64,000 nucleotides of DNA. Origin: an uncultured Myxococcales bacterium (GTDB taxonomy: Bacteria > Myxococcota_A > Polyangia > JAAYKL01). The position numbers were made by a program, and so were the translations under genes. The DNA is taken from contig CAZHCG010000001.1 of assembly GCA_964530995.1 (NCBI GenBank), forward strand, positions 14,942 to 78,941. The letters are read 5' to 3'. Shown here in pieces: positions 27,587 to 37,334 of the stretch. The notes below the pieces were generated by a model. The model was given only the letters and a program-made list of their open reading frames with translations. It had not been told where the DNA came from and searched no databases. Position 1 is the first letter of the stretch. Each line of letters opens with the position of its first letter.

Positions 27587-29941
27587 ATGCACGAGACCTA
27601 TCGCATATGTTGGACGCTCGAGCAGTGGACGGAGGCTCTGAAAGAGGCGGCGGAGAGCCCACGCGTCGGGCTTGACTTCGAGACCTGCCCAGACCCTCGA
27701 CGAGAGACCACCACCGAACCTACGCGCCCTGAGGACGGCGCGAAGGTGGCTGGCACCGCGTTGGCGTGGCTCGCTGAAGATGGCGTCACCATCAAGTCAG
27801 CGTACGCCCCGTGCCGGCATCACCGGCTGTATGCCGGCGGGATGCAAATGCGTCCGAGAGAGGTCTTTGGGCCGCTCTCTGACTTCATGCGCAACCGCCC
27901 AGCCGATCAGCTCGTCGTAGTTCACAATCTGTCATTCGAGCTTGGGTTCTTGCTGGCGGAGGGGGTGCTGTGGCCCAAGCGCGGGCAGCTCCACGATACC
28001 ATGATTGCCGCGCGCGTCCTGAACAAGGGCGTTGGATTCCGCGAGCTCATCGGCCTCAAGGGGCTTCAGGCCGAGTACCTCAATCGGGATATGACGTCCA
28101 AGAACGACATGGACACGTGGCTGAAGGCGCACAACTTCAAGCCCGGACGCGACATCTGGAAGGCACCGCCAGCCATCGCCGGCGTATACGCGCAGGATGA
28201 TGCCAGAGACACGCTCGCCATCTGGCTGATGTGGGAGGAGTACGTATACCAGGAGCCGACACAGTGGTGGTGGCACAGGGGTCCGGACCGCCGGTTCCGA
28301 CACGACTTGTACGAGCTCGAGATCGAGGCGGCGATCAACGCCATCATAAACTGCCTGCGCGGCACCAGGTACGACAAAGCGCTGTGCGCCCGACAGGCAC
28401 TCGCCGCCGAGACCCTTCAAGAGGTATCGCGCCGTTGGGTTCGCAACTACCTCGAGATGCCCACCATCAACCCTGGCAGCGGACCGCAGGTGCGTGGCAT
28501 CATATTCTCAGAAGCATTCGGCGTGCAACCGTCGCTCGAGCACATGACCGACAGCTTCAACAAGCTGCCTGATCGAGAGCAGGTCAAGACCATCGAAGGC
28601 CTCGGCAAGAAGACCCTGAAAGACTACGCCTCGCTGGACATCGACGCGTTGGGATTCTACGCCGAACAGGTCCCAGAGCATGAGAGCCTGTTCTTCATGC
28701 TGGCCGTATACCGCAAGTGTCAGACGGCCATCAACTGGTTCAACGACAGGGTGCTGCAGTTCGGCACGCCAGTGGCCGCAGACCCGTGGTGGGACGGCAA
28801 CGGGTCAGCGTTGGCAGTCATCTTTCATCGCCTCTTGACGGTTGGCACAGTATCCGGGCGCATGTCATCCAGAGACTACAACGGCCAGCAGGTGCCGAAG
28901 CGGTTCAAGATGCTCTTAAACGCCAACAAGCTGCACGCCATTCTGCGAGAGTACCTGCCAGAGAATCAGTTCGAAGAGCTCCTGGATATGTTCGAGTACG
29001 CCCCCGTAAATGAGGGCGACGAAGCCAAGGTCCTGGGGCTCGAGCCCGGCGAGCCGGTCATCGACTTTTCAGTGCGCCGCATGTTCATCACGAGGCCGGA
29101 CCACGTCATGCGGCTGTGGGACCTCTCTCAGGTGGAGATGCGCGGGTTTGCGCACTATTCAGGAAACGCCCTGCTGTGCAACGGGTACGGCAGCCCGCCC
29201 AGCGACGAGGAGATCACAGACGAACTGTCCATGATCTACGAGGTAGTCGACGGGCGAGACCCTCACATGGCGTTGGCTCAAGCGTACCTCATGCGCCATG
29301 CGGACCTGGAGGCCAACCCGTTTGACATCCATGCTTTCGTCTCAGACGAACTGGACATCAACCGAAAGAAGGGCAAGGGCATCAACTTCGGCATCGTGTA
29401 TGGCATGGGCAAGCGGAAGCTCGCACGACAGCTCGGGTGGACCATCGTGGAGGGGCGCGAGTATCTGGCGAGGTACTACGCCAAGTTCCCCGAAATTCAG
29501 ACGATTCAAATGCACATCAAGCAGCGCCTACGCGAGCGTGGATACGTGTTCGATCCGTTCGGGCGCCGGTACTTCCTGCCAATGAACCGGTCGTACGTAG
29601 GATTGAACCGCCTCATTCAGGGATGGGCCGCCACCGTCATGAAGGTCGGATTCGTACGCATCAGCGAGCTGTTCGCAAGCCCGGCACTCGGCGGAGGCTC
29701 AGTGCACCCGGTCATGGGACGTCGCACCCCGGATGAGTGCCGCGGGCTTAAGATCGTTCACGATGAGATCATCGCTGAGGTGCTGCACAAGCACAACACT
29801 CAGAACCTTGACTTCATGGTCCGAAGCTGCATGACGCTCATGCACGGGCTAAACGTGCCGCTAGGCACATCGTCCGAAATGTCCGATAGGTCATGGGACG
29901 AAGCAATCAAGTACGAAGTAAAGACAGGGAGAGCGGCGTAA
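27587..29941 (+). CDS. PolA-family (DNA polymerase I-like) polymerase with 3'-5' exonuclease domain
   Basis: Exo I LDFETC; motif A DLSQVEMRGFA; motif B RKKGKGINFGIVYGMG; motif C VHDEII. Confidence 0.9.
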   Translation: MHETYRICWTLEQWTEALKEAAESPRVGLDFETCPDPRRETTTEPTRPEDGAKVAGTALAWLAEDGVTIKSAYAPCRHHRLYAGGMQMRPREVFGPLSDFMRNRPADQLVVVHNLSFELGFLLAEGVLWPKRGQLHDTMIAARVLNKGVGFRELIGLKGLQAEYLNRDMTSKNDMDTWLKAHNFKPGRDIWKAPPAIAGVYAQDDARDTLAIWLMWEEYVYQEPTQWWWHRGPDRRFRHDLYELEIEAAINAIINCLRGTRYDKALCARQALAAETLQEVSRRWVRNYLEMPTINPGSGPQVRGIIFSEAFGVQPSLEHMTDSFNKLPDREQVKTIEGLGKKTLKDYASLDIDALGFYAEQVPEHESLFFMLAVYRKCQTAINWFNDRVLQFGTPVAADPWWDGNGSALAVIFHRLLTVGTVSGRMSSRDYNGQQVPKRFKMLLNANKLHAILREYLPENQFEELLDMFEYAPVNEGDEAKVLGLEPGEPVIDFSVRRMFITRPDHVMRLWDLSQVEMRGFAHYSGNALLCNGYGSPPSDEEITDELSMIYEVVDGRDPHMALAQAYLMRHADLEANPFDIHAFVSDELDINRKKGKGINFGIVYGMGKRKLARQLGWTIVEGREYLARYYAKFPEIQTIQMHIKQRLRERGYVFDPFGRRYFLPMNRSYVGLNRLIQGWAATVMKVGFVRISELFASPALGGGSVHPVMGRRTPDECRGLKIVHDEIIAEVLHKHNTQNLDFMVRSCMTLMHGLNVPLGTSSEMSDRSWDEAIKYEVKTGRAA

Positions 29942-30282
29942 TGGCGAGGGAGAGCGCGAATCAACCGTTCGTCGGGCAGGAGGACGTCCTCCTCACGATC
30001 CCGAAGAACAACGTGACCGAGACCCGCGTGCAGTTCAAGTCGACTGCCACACGCGCCAGCGGCCAGGTTCAGCAGTTCATCGACATCCGCGAGTGGTGGT
30101 ACAAGGACGGCCCTACCAACGAGCCCATCGCCACCAGGAAGGGAGCGATGATACACCGCCACCAAGTGCCGAAGCTGATTCTGGCCATGCTGCAGCACAT
30201 GCAGCCCGGAGAGCTCGGCGACTACGGTGACAAGATCGCCATGGAAGTGGCGGCCCTCAACGACAAGGGAGTCAAACAGTAG
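29941..30282 (+). CDS. hypothetical protein, possibly PC4/YdbC-like single-stranded DNA binding
   Basis: ATG overlaps the polymerase stop; FIDIREWWYKDGPTNEPIATRKGAMI. Confidence 0.45.
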   Translation: MARESANQPFVGQEDVLLTIPKNNVTETRVQFKSTATRASGQVQQFIDIREWWYKDGPTNEPIATRKGAMIHRHQVPKLILAMLQHMQPGELGDYGDKIAMEVAALNDKGVKQ

Positions 30283-30702
30283 ATGGCCGCCAATCCCGAA
30301 ACCGTTGTAACACAGCGAGTGAGGGACGTCCTCAAAGGTGCCGGCGCGCATTTCATCAAGCTGAGCGATCAGTTCACGCGAGGCGTGCCTGATGCCCTGC
30401 TGGTGACAGACCGCATACTGTTGGTGGAGTTCAAGGTCGATCGACGAAAGCGCGACCCAAACGATTTGACGTACAAACAGCTCGGTCTGAGCGGCGCACA
30501 AGACCATCACATACGACAAATATGTCGGCGTAATACTCGTGGAGCATGCGTAGTAACCGATTCAGTCGATGGTGGAAAGCTGAGACTATGGCTTCCGCTG
30601 CGGTCGCATGGCGAGGGCGCTAAAGGGTTCGAAACATACGTCGTATACGAGTGTGACGAAAAGGTGTACGCGTGGCTTCTGGGCAAGACATACCAGACCT
30701 GA
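30283..30702 (+). CDS. VRR-NUC domain nuclease
   Basis: GVPDALLV…LLVEFK, the PD-(D/E)xK core of the VRR-NUC type. Confidence 0.7.
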   Translation: MAANPETVVTQRVRDVLKGAGAHFIKLSDQFTRGVPDALLVTDRILLVEFKVDRRKRDPNDLTYKQLGLSGAQDHHIRQICRRNTRGACVVTDSVDGGKLRLWLPLRSHGEGAKGFETYVVYECDEKVYAWLLGKTYQT

Positions 30703-31154
30703 GGCTTGTTGTCCTCGGAATCGGCGAGTGGGCGGCACGGGCTCATCCCGGACTGGTGACTGACCGCGACCTAGAGCGGGTGCGTGAGTCCAACAATGTG
30801 CTGTTGGCCACCGCGCGTCGCCTGTTGGTGATCGCTCAACGCGCTGGAATGCCAAAGTCCGAGGTCGAATCGTTGATCAGTTCGGCGAAGCCGTCGCCAG
30901 CGGTAGGCCTGATGCAGGCCAAGGGCCAGCAGGACGATGGCTCGAAGGTCACGGGACGATTCTCGCAGATGGAGGCGATAGCCGCCGTGGACGCGGCCCT
31001 GGCGCACCCCAGGACGGCTCAGAGAGTGCCCGCGTGGTTCAAGCACGACTGGTGGCCCGGCGTCCTGAGGCGCGTGGCGTCCGGCGAGTGCATGTCCGAT
31101 CGTGAGGTGGACGTCGCGGTTTACGTGGCCGCGGATGCGACGGAGGAGAGATGA
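30672..31154 (+). CDS. hypothetical protein
   Basis: ATG at 30672 overlaps the previous gene by 31 nt; its stop overlaps the next ATG. Confidence 0.45.
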   Translation: MASGQDIPDLRLVVLGIGEWAARAHPGLVTDRDLERVRESNNVLLATARRLLVIAQRAGMPKSEVESLISSAKPSPAVGLMQAKGQQDDGSKVTGRFSQMEAIAAVDAALAHPRTAQRVPAWFKHDWWPGVLRRVASGECMSDREVDVAVYVAADATEER

Positions 31155-31627
31155 GGCCCAATTGGCCCGAGTACTTCATGTGGCTTGCCGTTGTGGCAGC
31201 CACTCGCTCTACATGCAGCCGGCTCAAGGTTGGGTGCGTGATCGTCGACCGAGAGGGGTACGTCAAGTCCACCGGGTACAACGGCAGCGCTCCCGGAGCG
31301 TCGCATGACCCGCTTCTGCACGACGGGCGCAACGTCAGGACCATACACGCTGAGGCCAACGCTGTGGCGCACGCGCACTGTGACCTGAGGGGAAGCACGG
31401 CGTACGTCACGACGTTCCCTTGCCGAGAGTGCATCAAGCTGCTCGGCGCAGCCGGAGTCAAGAGCATCGTCTGGCTAGAGGCCTACGCGTCGGAGGACAA
31501 CACGATCACCGCCAAGCTGGCCATGGACGCCGGCGTCAGCATGAAGAAGTTCGAAGGGAGAGAGCCGTGGAGCGAGGACGTCTCATCGTGGTTGAAGGCA
31601 TCGACGGAAGCGGAAAGAGCACGCTGA
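31151..31627 (+). CDS. dCMP deaminase
   Basis: Zinc motifs HAEANAV and PCRECIKLL; GGAGGAGAG ribosome-binding site. Confidence 0.85.
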   Translation: MRPNWPEYFMWLAVVAATRSTCSRLKVGCVIVDREGYVKSTGYNGSAPGASHDPLLHDGRNVRTIHAEANAVAHAHCDLRGSTAYVTTFPCRECIKLLGAAGVKSIVWLEAYASEDNTITAKLAMDAGVSMKKFEGREPWSEDVSSWLKASTEAERAR

Positions 31628-32190
31628 GCAAGTCGTTAGCCCGAGCCATCGGCGCTACGTGCGTTCGTGAGCCCGGGGACACGGAGTTCGGTGAGAACAT
31701 CCGCGAAGGGGTCCTCATGAAGATGTCAGCCGAGGCTCGTCCCGGCGCCGCTGCCATGACGATGCTGTACGCAGCCGCTCGTGCGGAGCTGTTCCAGACC
31801 GTCGTTGGCCCGGAGCTCGACGCCGGACGCGACGTCGTGTCCGACCGGTCGTACATCAGCAGCCTGGCGTACAATGCCGACGAAAGCTGGAGCCGAGATG
31901 ACGTCATGAACATCAACGCCAAGCTCATGACTCGATTCAACTGCTGGCCTGACGTCATACTCATCATGGACCTGAACGAGCGCGTGGCCATGGACCGTAT
32001 CACGATGGAACGATCTGTGGGTGCGTACGAGGCCGACGGGCTGGAGGCGTTCCGCCGGCGACGCGAGTTCTACTACCTGACGGCGAGGCACTACGCCGGG
32101 ATGGACTCGCACGTCCATGTCGTCGACGCCACGCGCCCCAAGGACGAGGTCCTGGCAAACGTCGTGGGCCTGATTACATCTGGCAGATGA
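31567..32190 (+). CDS. tmk: thymidylate kinase
   Basis: GTG after GAAGGGAGAG; P-loop IVVEGIDGSGKST; DRSYISSLAY; lid region. Confidence 0.8.
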   Translation: MERGRLIVVEGIDGSGKSTLSKSLARAIGATCVREPGDTEFGENIREGVLMKMSAEARPGAAAMTMLYAAARAELFQTVVGPELDAGRDVVSDRSYISSLAYNADESWSRDDVMNINAKLMTRFNCWPDVILIMDLNERVAMDRITMERSVGAYEADGLEAFRRRREFYYLTARHYAGMDSHVHVVDATRPKDEVLANVVGLITSGR

Positions 32191-32217
32191 AATTTATTCC
32201 CCCACGTGGAGTGGGCA

Positions 32218-32226
32218 TGATATACT
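32218..32226 (+). promoter_or_regulatory. extended -10 promoter element TGATATACT
   Basis: Motif family member, preceded by the palindrome CCACGTGG. Confidence 0.5.
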
Positions 32227-32275
32227 AGGATAAAGGGCCACTGGCCAAAGAACCGCGCATCTGGGAGGCCTGCCG

Positions 32276-33019
32276 ATGAGAAAAGACGAATTGAGGGAGA
32301 GGATCTTGTCCCTCGAGCCGACCAACAAGGTCGGGCGAGACCCGAGGGCAAGTCACGACGAGCTGACACAGGAGTACCGCGCCGCGAAGCGACGCAACGC
32401 CGCCAAGCAGAAGTCCGAGTCTGTCTCGGCTGACCTCCACTACAAGCTCGAGAAGGACGTGGGCAATGAGCTCATGTCATGGAAGCTGTACGTCGACGGT
32501 GAGCCCGCCACCGGGCTCAGCTTCGGCGAGGAACTGCCGATGGAGGGCACGATCGTTCCAGACGATGGCGATGGCCCGCCGCTCATGGTCAAGGACCACG
32601 CGGAGGGCCTGGACGTCGTCACTGGTGATCTCAGCGTGCGAGAGCAGTTCGATCCACGGCGCATCTACAAGACCCCCAACGGCTCGCTCGTGACGTTCAA
32701 GCGCGAGGAGGCCGGGCGCGTGGTCCTGTGGTCGTTCAAGGTCGGCAGCGAGATCATGCTCGGCCCGCAGGTCCCCGTGTCCAGGACCAACCGAACCGCC
32801 AAGCCCGTGGCACAGCAGAACCGACGCATGACGCAGAAGCTGCTCGCCGCGTACCTCATCGCCTGCAACCCGGCGATCACCGGGTCCGAGCTGACTGAGT
32901 CGCTCAAGCAGGCCTTCCCACAGAACGCCATTGGCCCACGGCACGGCCCGCACTACCTGTCGTTGAGCCGCAACGGTCGCCTGCCGGAGCCACCGGACAG
33001 CGATCCAAGGGAGTGGTGA
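32276..33019 (+). CDS. hypothetical protein
   Basis: GGGAGG ribosome-binding site; ATG. Confidence 0.55.
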   Translation: MRKDELRERILSLEPTNKVGRDPRASHDELTQEYRAAKRRNAAKQKSESVSADLHYKLEKDVGNELMSWKLYVDGEPATGLSFGEELPMEGTIVPDDGDGPPLMVKDHAEGLDVVTGDLSVREQFDPRRIYKTPNGSLVTFKREEAGRVVLWSFKVGSEIMLGPQVPVSRTNRTAKPVAQQNRRMTQKLLAAYLIACNPAITGSELTESLKQAFPQNAIGPRHGPHYLSLSRNGRLPEPPDSDPREW

Positions 33020-33405
33020 TGCTCATCAACGATAGGACGTCCATCGACACCAGAGCCACGCACGTAGTGTTCCAGCCCGGCGACCTGACGAACTACGAGT
33101 TCCTGGTGATACCGATCGCCGGGCTTCCCGTACCCGGTACGCGTGGGTTGAAGTACGCACAGGTTGTGATGCTGAGCTGCGGTGAAGCCCACCACCAGTT
33201 CAAGTGCGGTCCCGACGCCGAGCCCCTGTCCGTGGACTACGTTGGCAGCAAGCTCAACCTTCGTGGCCCCAGCGCCGTGGCGATGACCGTGGCGCTGTGT
33301 CGAGAGCTCGATCGTGAGCCGCACGGCGTCATGGAGGACTGGATGGACGACGAGCCACACATCGAGAAGTACCGAGCCGCGTGGGAATCGTGGCAGAACG
33401 AATGA
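33019..33405 (+). CDS. hypothetical protein
   Basis: TGATG overlap with the previous gene. Confidence 0.5.
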   Translation: MLINDRTSIDTRATHVVFQPGDLTNYEFLVIPIAGLPVPGTRGLKYAQVVMLSCGEAHHQFKCGPDAEPLSVDYVGSKLNLRGPSAVAMTVALCRELDREPHGVMEDWMDDEPHIEKYRAAWESWQNE

Positions 33406-33425
33406 ACTTGATAGGAGGTCAAGAG

Positions 33426-34529
33426 ATGGGAGACCTGATCACACTGGAGGAGTTCGCCGAGCACATCGGGCACCAGCCCGTGCCGCGCGACCTCTCCGTC
33501 ACGGACGAGCGATTCGCGCTCGTTGGAACCGGACCCAGCCTGGAGGTGCAGTTCGCCGGAATGCCGGCCGGCCCGCTGCCCATGTACCAGGCGAAGTCCA
33601 TGGCCGGCGCCTCGAACATCGACCTGCGGGGGACCACCAACCACCTGCGAACCGCCAGATCCGCCAAGGCGGACGATGAGCGATACAGGGTGGCGCGCGC
33701 CACCCTGGCACGCCAAGTCAACGAGTTGAACTCGGCCATCGATGCGGCGGGGCGCGACGAGCGGTCTCCCATGATCGCTCGCATCTCGGCGGGTGACGAT
33801 GGGCGCGAGTACGTGGGTGGCCTGGTCTCCAAGGACTACGCGCCGCTCACGCACGTACAGCTCGTCGAGACCATGCTCGAGACGCCTGGCCTCGTCGACG
33901 CGCGCGTCCATCGCATGCGAGTGACCGCCGCCCGCATGGAGGCCACGCTGATGTTCAACAACAGCGAATGGAAGGTCGACGGTGGCGTCAAGGCCGGCAT
34001 TCGCATTGGCAACGGGCAGTTCGGCGACAAGGCGTTCAGCCTCGTGGCCATGCTCTTCCGACTGCTGTGCACGAACGGCATGATGGACGTCCTCGACTCT
34101 GCCACCGTGTTCAAGAGGCATGTCGGCATGGCGATCCAGCTCGAGACGAGCTTGAAGACCGTCCTGGAGAGGGCCGATGGCATGTTCCTCGACTCCACCC
34201 AGGCGATGAACGAGGAGGTCGACGTGATCGAGGGCCTAGTGGAGCTCTACCGACACGGGCTGCTCAACCGTGGGGCGTTCAAGAAGACGCTCGTGCGACG
34301 CGACGAGACCGTCGGCGGTCGGCAGGTCGAGGGCGCGACCACCACGCTGTGGGGTCTGTCCCAAGCGGTCACCGCGGCCGCGCGCGACTATGGGTTCACG
34401 CAGATGAACTCGATGGGCGTGCTCGCCGGCCGGCTGGTGCACGAGGGCATCGACGGGGTGATCTCCGGGCGCCGCGAGGTCAACGACGACCATGAGGAGA
34501 TCCTGGAAGAGTTGGGGATCGCCGCGTGA
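33426..34529 (+). CDS. hypothetical protein
   Basis: AGGAGG ribosome-binding site 7 nt before the ATG at 33426. Confidence 0.55.
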   Translation: MGDLITLEEFAEHIGHQPVPRDLSVTDERFALVGTGPSLEVQFAGMPAGPLPMYQAKSMAGASNIDLRGTTNHLRTARSAKADDERYRVARATLARQVNELNSAIDAAGRDERSPMIARISAGDDGREYVGGLVSKDYAPLTHVQLVETMLETPGLVDARVHRMRVTAARMEATLMFNNSEWKVDGGVKAGIRIGNGQFGDKAFSLVAMLFRLLCTNGMMDVLDSATVFKRHVGMAIQLETSLKTVLERADGMFLDSTQAMNEEVDVIEGLVELYRHGLLNRGAFKKTLVRRDETVGGRQVEGATTTLWGLSQAVTAAARDYGFTQMNSMGVLAGRLVHEGIDGVISGRREVNDDHEEILEELGIAA

Positions 34530-34539
34530 TCGAAGCACT

Positions 34540-34678
34540 TTTCTGGGGCCTACGACAGGGGGTCCGATCTGGGGGCATCCATCCCTACTAGACCACCCTG
34601 TCGATGGCCCCAGAAATGAACTGAAGGGGACAGAAACAAAAAACGCCCACCCCCTGGGCTCCCCTCCGGAGGGGTAAT
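34540..34678 (+). other. structured intergenic region with a nested inverted repeat and a 14-bp perfect palindrome; possible terminator, regulatory site or origin-like element
   Basis: Outer arms TTTCTGGGGCC (34540-50) and GGCCCCAGAAA (34606-16); inner arms CGACAGGGGGTC (34553-34564) and GACCACCCTGTCG (34591-34603); A-rich ACAGAAACAAAAAACG; palindrome CCCCTCCGGAGGGG at 34661-74. Confidence 0.4.
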
Positions 34679-34693
34679 GACTGGTGATTGACT

Positions 34694-37300
34694 ATGGCAC
34701 GAGCGTTCCATACCGATGACCGAACGTTCTCAAACTTCCAGCCGGCAGAACTGGTGAAGCTGTGCGGTGTGCCGATGGGTCGATGGCCACTGTACGTGAT
34801 GAAGGAGCTGCTCGACAACGCCACCGCGGCGCTGGAGGAGTTCGGGATCGATAACCCGATGGTGACGATCACCGTCAAACAGAACGAGCTGGTTGTCAGC
34901 GAAAACGGTCCCGGCATCACAGACGAGGCGCTGGATCACATCCTCGACTTCACCAAGTTCGGCGGGTCGAACCGACACCACAAGCTGCCTACCCGCGGGG
35001 CTCAGGGCAACGCTCTGATGACAATCGTCGGCATCGCTACGACGTGGGGTGGCCAGGTGGTGGTACAGCGTCCGTGTGGGCCGTCCATAGCTCTGGAGGT
35101 GACGCTCGACACGGTGAGGCAGTCTGTGGACGTAGAGCGACGAGAAGTGGGTCGCCCAGGCAGGTCATCTGTCAGCGTAACGCTTCCGGAGCTGCCATGG
35201 AAGCGTGGTGGGGCTGACCTCGATGAGATAGTCGAGCTGGTGAAGGTGTTCACTTGGTTCAATCCGCACGTGACATTCATGGTCAAGGACAAGCGCGACG
35301 GCATATCGATGGACTCGGTGCCGCGCGAGGACGGCGCCAAGCCGGCGCTGCCAGGCGGGTACGACTGCGGGCACGTCCAGTGGTTCACCACAGACGAGTT
35401 CGCCGACCGACTCGCCGCGGACGTGCGCGCCAGACCGGACACGGACCTCGGCGCCTGGATGTCCGAGTTCCTGAAGTCGAAGCAGCACCCACACAAGGGA
35501 GTGTCGATCGGCGACATGGTCAGCGACGATCGCACATCTCTGGTGAAGTTCGCCAGCGGCATCAAATCCAAGGTGGCCGACGCCAGCCAAAGCCCGAACG
35601 TGCAGTTCACGCCCATCGGGCGCAACCGGCTGGGTGACGCGCTGGAGGAGATGGGTGGAGACAAGAACTCGTACCTGGAGTATCACACCGTTCGTGGCAC
35701 GTTCAGCTGTGAGGCCGGGCACCAGGTGCCGTTCCTGGTAGAAGCCGCGCTGCTGCAGATGCCAGAAGGCGTGAGGCGCGCGCCGACCCCCGTGTTCTCG
35801 ATGAACCGCACCGTCATGTACGGATCTCCATCGTTCGATTCAATCGAATGGCGCGAGAAGGTGCGAGGCCCGTGGCACACGGCGCGCAGAGCCGAGCTCA
35901 GCTACCTCGCCAGGGCGTACCAGATCGACGTCGGGAAGACTCCCGCAGCCCTCATCGTCCACGTGACTTGTCCCAGCCCGGGATACTCCGGCTATGGCAA
36001 GCAATCGTTCGATACCACATGGCTCGCGGAACCACTCAGCGAGTGTCTCGAGAGGGTTACACTCGCCGCCAGGAAGGAGCGAGCCGGCGAAGCGCGCAGG
36101 CGCCGTGAGGCGCAGGCACCGCGTGAGAAGATCCGCACCGTGCTATTTCGCATCCTCCCCGAGATCATCGACACCAACACCGAGGGCGGACGGCTGCCGA
36201 TCATGATTCGACAGCTCTACTACGCCACCCGAGGCGTGTGGGCCGCGCACCACCACAAGCCGCTGCAGTACGGCACGTTCTGCGCGTACGTCGACCTCTA
36301 CGAACAGGCCATCGGACGCATGGTCTGCTACCGAGACCCGCGCGGCACGCTCATCGAGCCACATTCCGGCCGCGAACTAAGGCTCGGAACTGACGCCGTC
36401 AACAGGTACAATCCGAAGAAGTGGGAGGGGCACACGATTATCTTCGTCGAGAAGGAGGGCTTTGCTCACGCACTGAAGGCGTACAAAGTGACGAAGAGGT
36501 GGGACGCCATCGTCGTCGGGTCCAAGGGGTTTGCCGTCGAGTCCTGCAGGGAGGTACTGCAGAAGTACCGAAAGTTGCTCGGTGACATGGTGAAGATCAT
36601 CTGCCTGCACGACGCAGACCCCGCCGGCTACATGATCGGATACGACCTCGCCACCAACCTGCCAAGGTTCGGCGACAACGTGGACGTGCAGGTCATCGAC
36701 GTCGGGCTCACGATGGAGGACGCCTGGCAGATGGACCTGCAGGACGAGCCATTCGACCTCAAGAAGACGGTGTGGTCCATGGTTCGAAATATGCGCAAGC
36801 ACATGATCCGTGACCCCAACGGAATGAGGCGACCGCTGCTCGAGCCGCGCGCATGGGACATGTTCATGCCGAACATGTACCGCGACGACACGTACCCCCA
36901 CTGGGCGAACCGCCCGCAGGGGCGTAGGGTCGAATTGAACGCCATGCCTCCGCGGGTATTCATAGACTGGCTAGAAGAGCACCTCGAGGCCAATGAATGC
37001 CGCAAGGTGCGACCTCCCGATGACATTGTGGACGACAAACTCCGCTCTGCGCGCGAGAATGCCGTTCGCAACGAGGTGGGGCAGTTCCTCATGAAGATGA
37101 TGGGAGAGGACGCCGTCTTCGAAGTCATGAAGGAGCTCGGCGTGCCGGCGTACGACCTCGACAGCGTGCTCGAGGGCAGGCCGGAACAACACTGGGAGTA
37201 CCTAGTGAAGCGCGCCGGCGAGACTGGCGCAGACTTCAACGCAGCGGTGGAACGGGCGATGAGGCGTAAGTTCCCTGGCATGTTTGCGGGTGCGGAGTGA
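34694..37300 (+). CDS. single-chain type IIB topoisomerase-like protein (Topo VIII-like): Topo VI-B-type GHKL ATPase N-terminus fused to a Spo11/Topo VI-A-type winged-helix (YY) and TOPRIM C-terminus
   Basis: Bergerat-fold motifs ELLDNATAALEE (N box), ENGPGITDE (G1), GGSNRHHKLPTRGAQGNALMT (G2); winged-helix catalytic motif MIRQLYYATRG; TOPRIM IIFVEKEGFAHAL…VVGSKGFAV…ICLHDADPAGYMIGYDL. Confidence 0.75.
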   Translation: MARAFHTDDRTFSNFQPAELVKLCGVPMGRWPLYVMKELLDNATAALEEFGIDNPMVTITVKQNELVVSENGPGITDEALDHILDFTKFGGSNRHHKLPTRGAQGNALMTIVGIATTWGGQVVVQRPCGPSIALEVTLDTVRQSVDVERREVGRPGRSSVSVTLPELPWKRGGADLDEIVELVKVFTWFNPHVTFMVKDKRDGISMDSVPREDGAKPALPGGYDCGHVQWFTTDEFADRLAADVRARPDTDLGAWMSEFLKSKQHPHKGVSIGDMVSDDRTSLVKFASGIKSKVADASQSPNVQFTPIGRNRLGDALEEMGGDKNSYLEYHTVRGTFSCEAGHQVPFLVEAALLQMPEGVRRAPTPVFSMNRTVMYGSPSFDSIEWREKVRGPWHTARRAELSYLARAYQIDVGKTPAALIVHVTCPSPGYSGYGKQSFDTTWLAEPLSECLERVTLAARKERAGEARRRREAQAPREKIRTVLFRILPEIIDTNTEGGRLPIMIRQLYYATRGVWAAHHHKPLQYGTFCAYVDLYEQAIGRMVCYRDPRGTLIEPHSGRELRLGTDAVNRYNPKKWEGHTIIFVEKEGFAHALKAYKVTKRWDAIVVGSKGFAVESCREVLQKYRKLLGDMVKIICLHDADPAGYMIGYDLATNLPRFGDNVDVQVIDVGLTMEDAWQMDLQDEPFDLKKTVWSMVRNMRKHMIRDPNGMRRPLLEPRAWDMFMPNMYRDDTYPHWANRPQGRRVELNAMPPRVFIDWLEEHLEANECRKVRPPDDIVDDKLRSARENAVRNEVGQFLMKMMGEDAVFEVMKELGVPAYDLDSVLEGRPEQHWEYLVKRAGETGADFNAAVERAMRRKFPGMFAGAE

Positions 37301-37334
37301 TTCGACTGACAAAAGTGGACTGAGTGGAGGCAAC

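Noticed and set aside
34540-34616. tRNA-like 77-nt element with a GGGGCC…GGCCCC terminal pairing
   Set aside because: It has no T-loop (GTTCRANYC) or D-loop consensus, and the arms do not fit a cloverleaf. It is better described as a nested hairpin.
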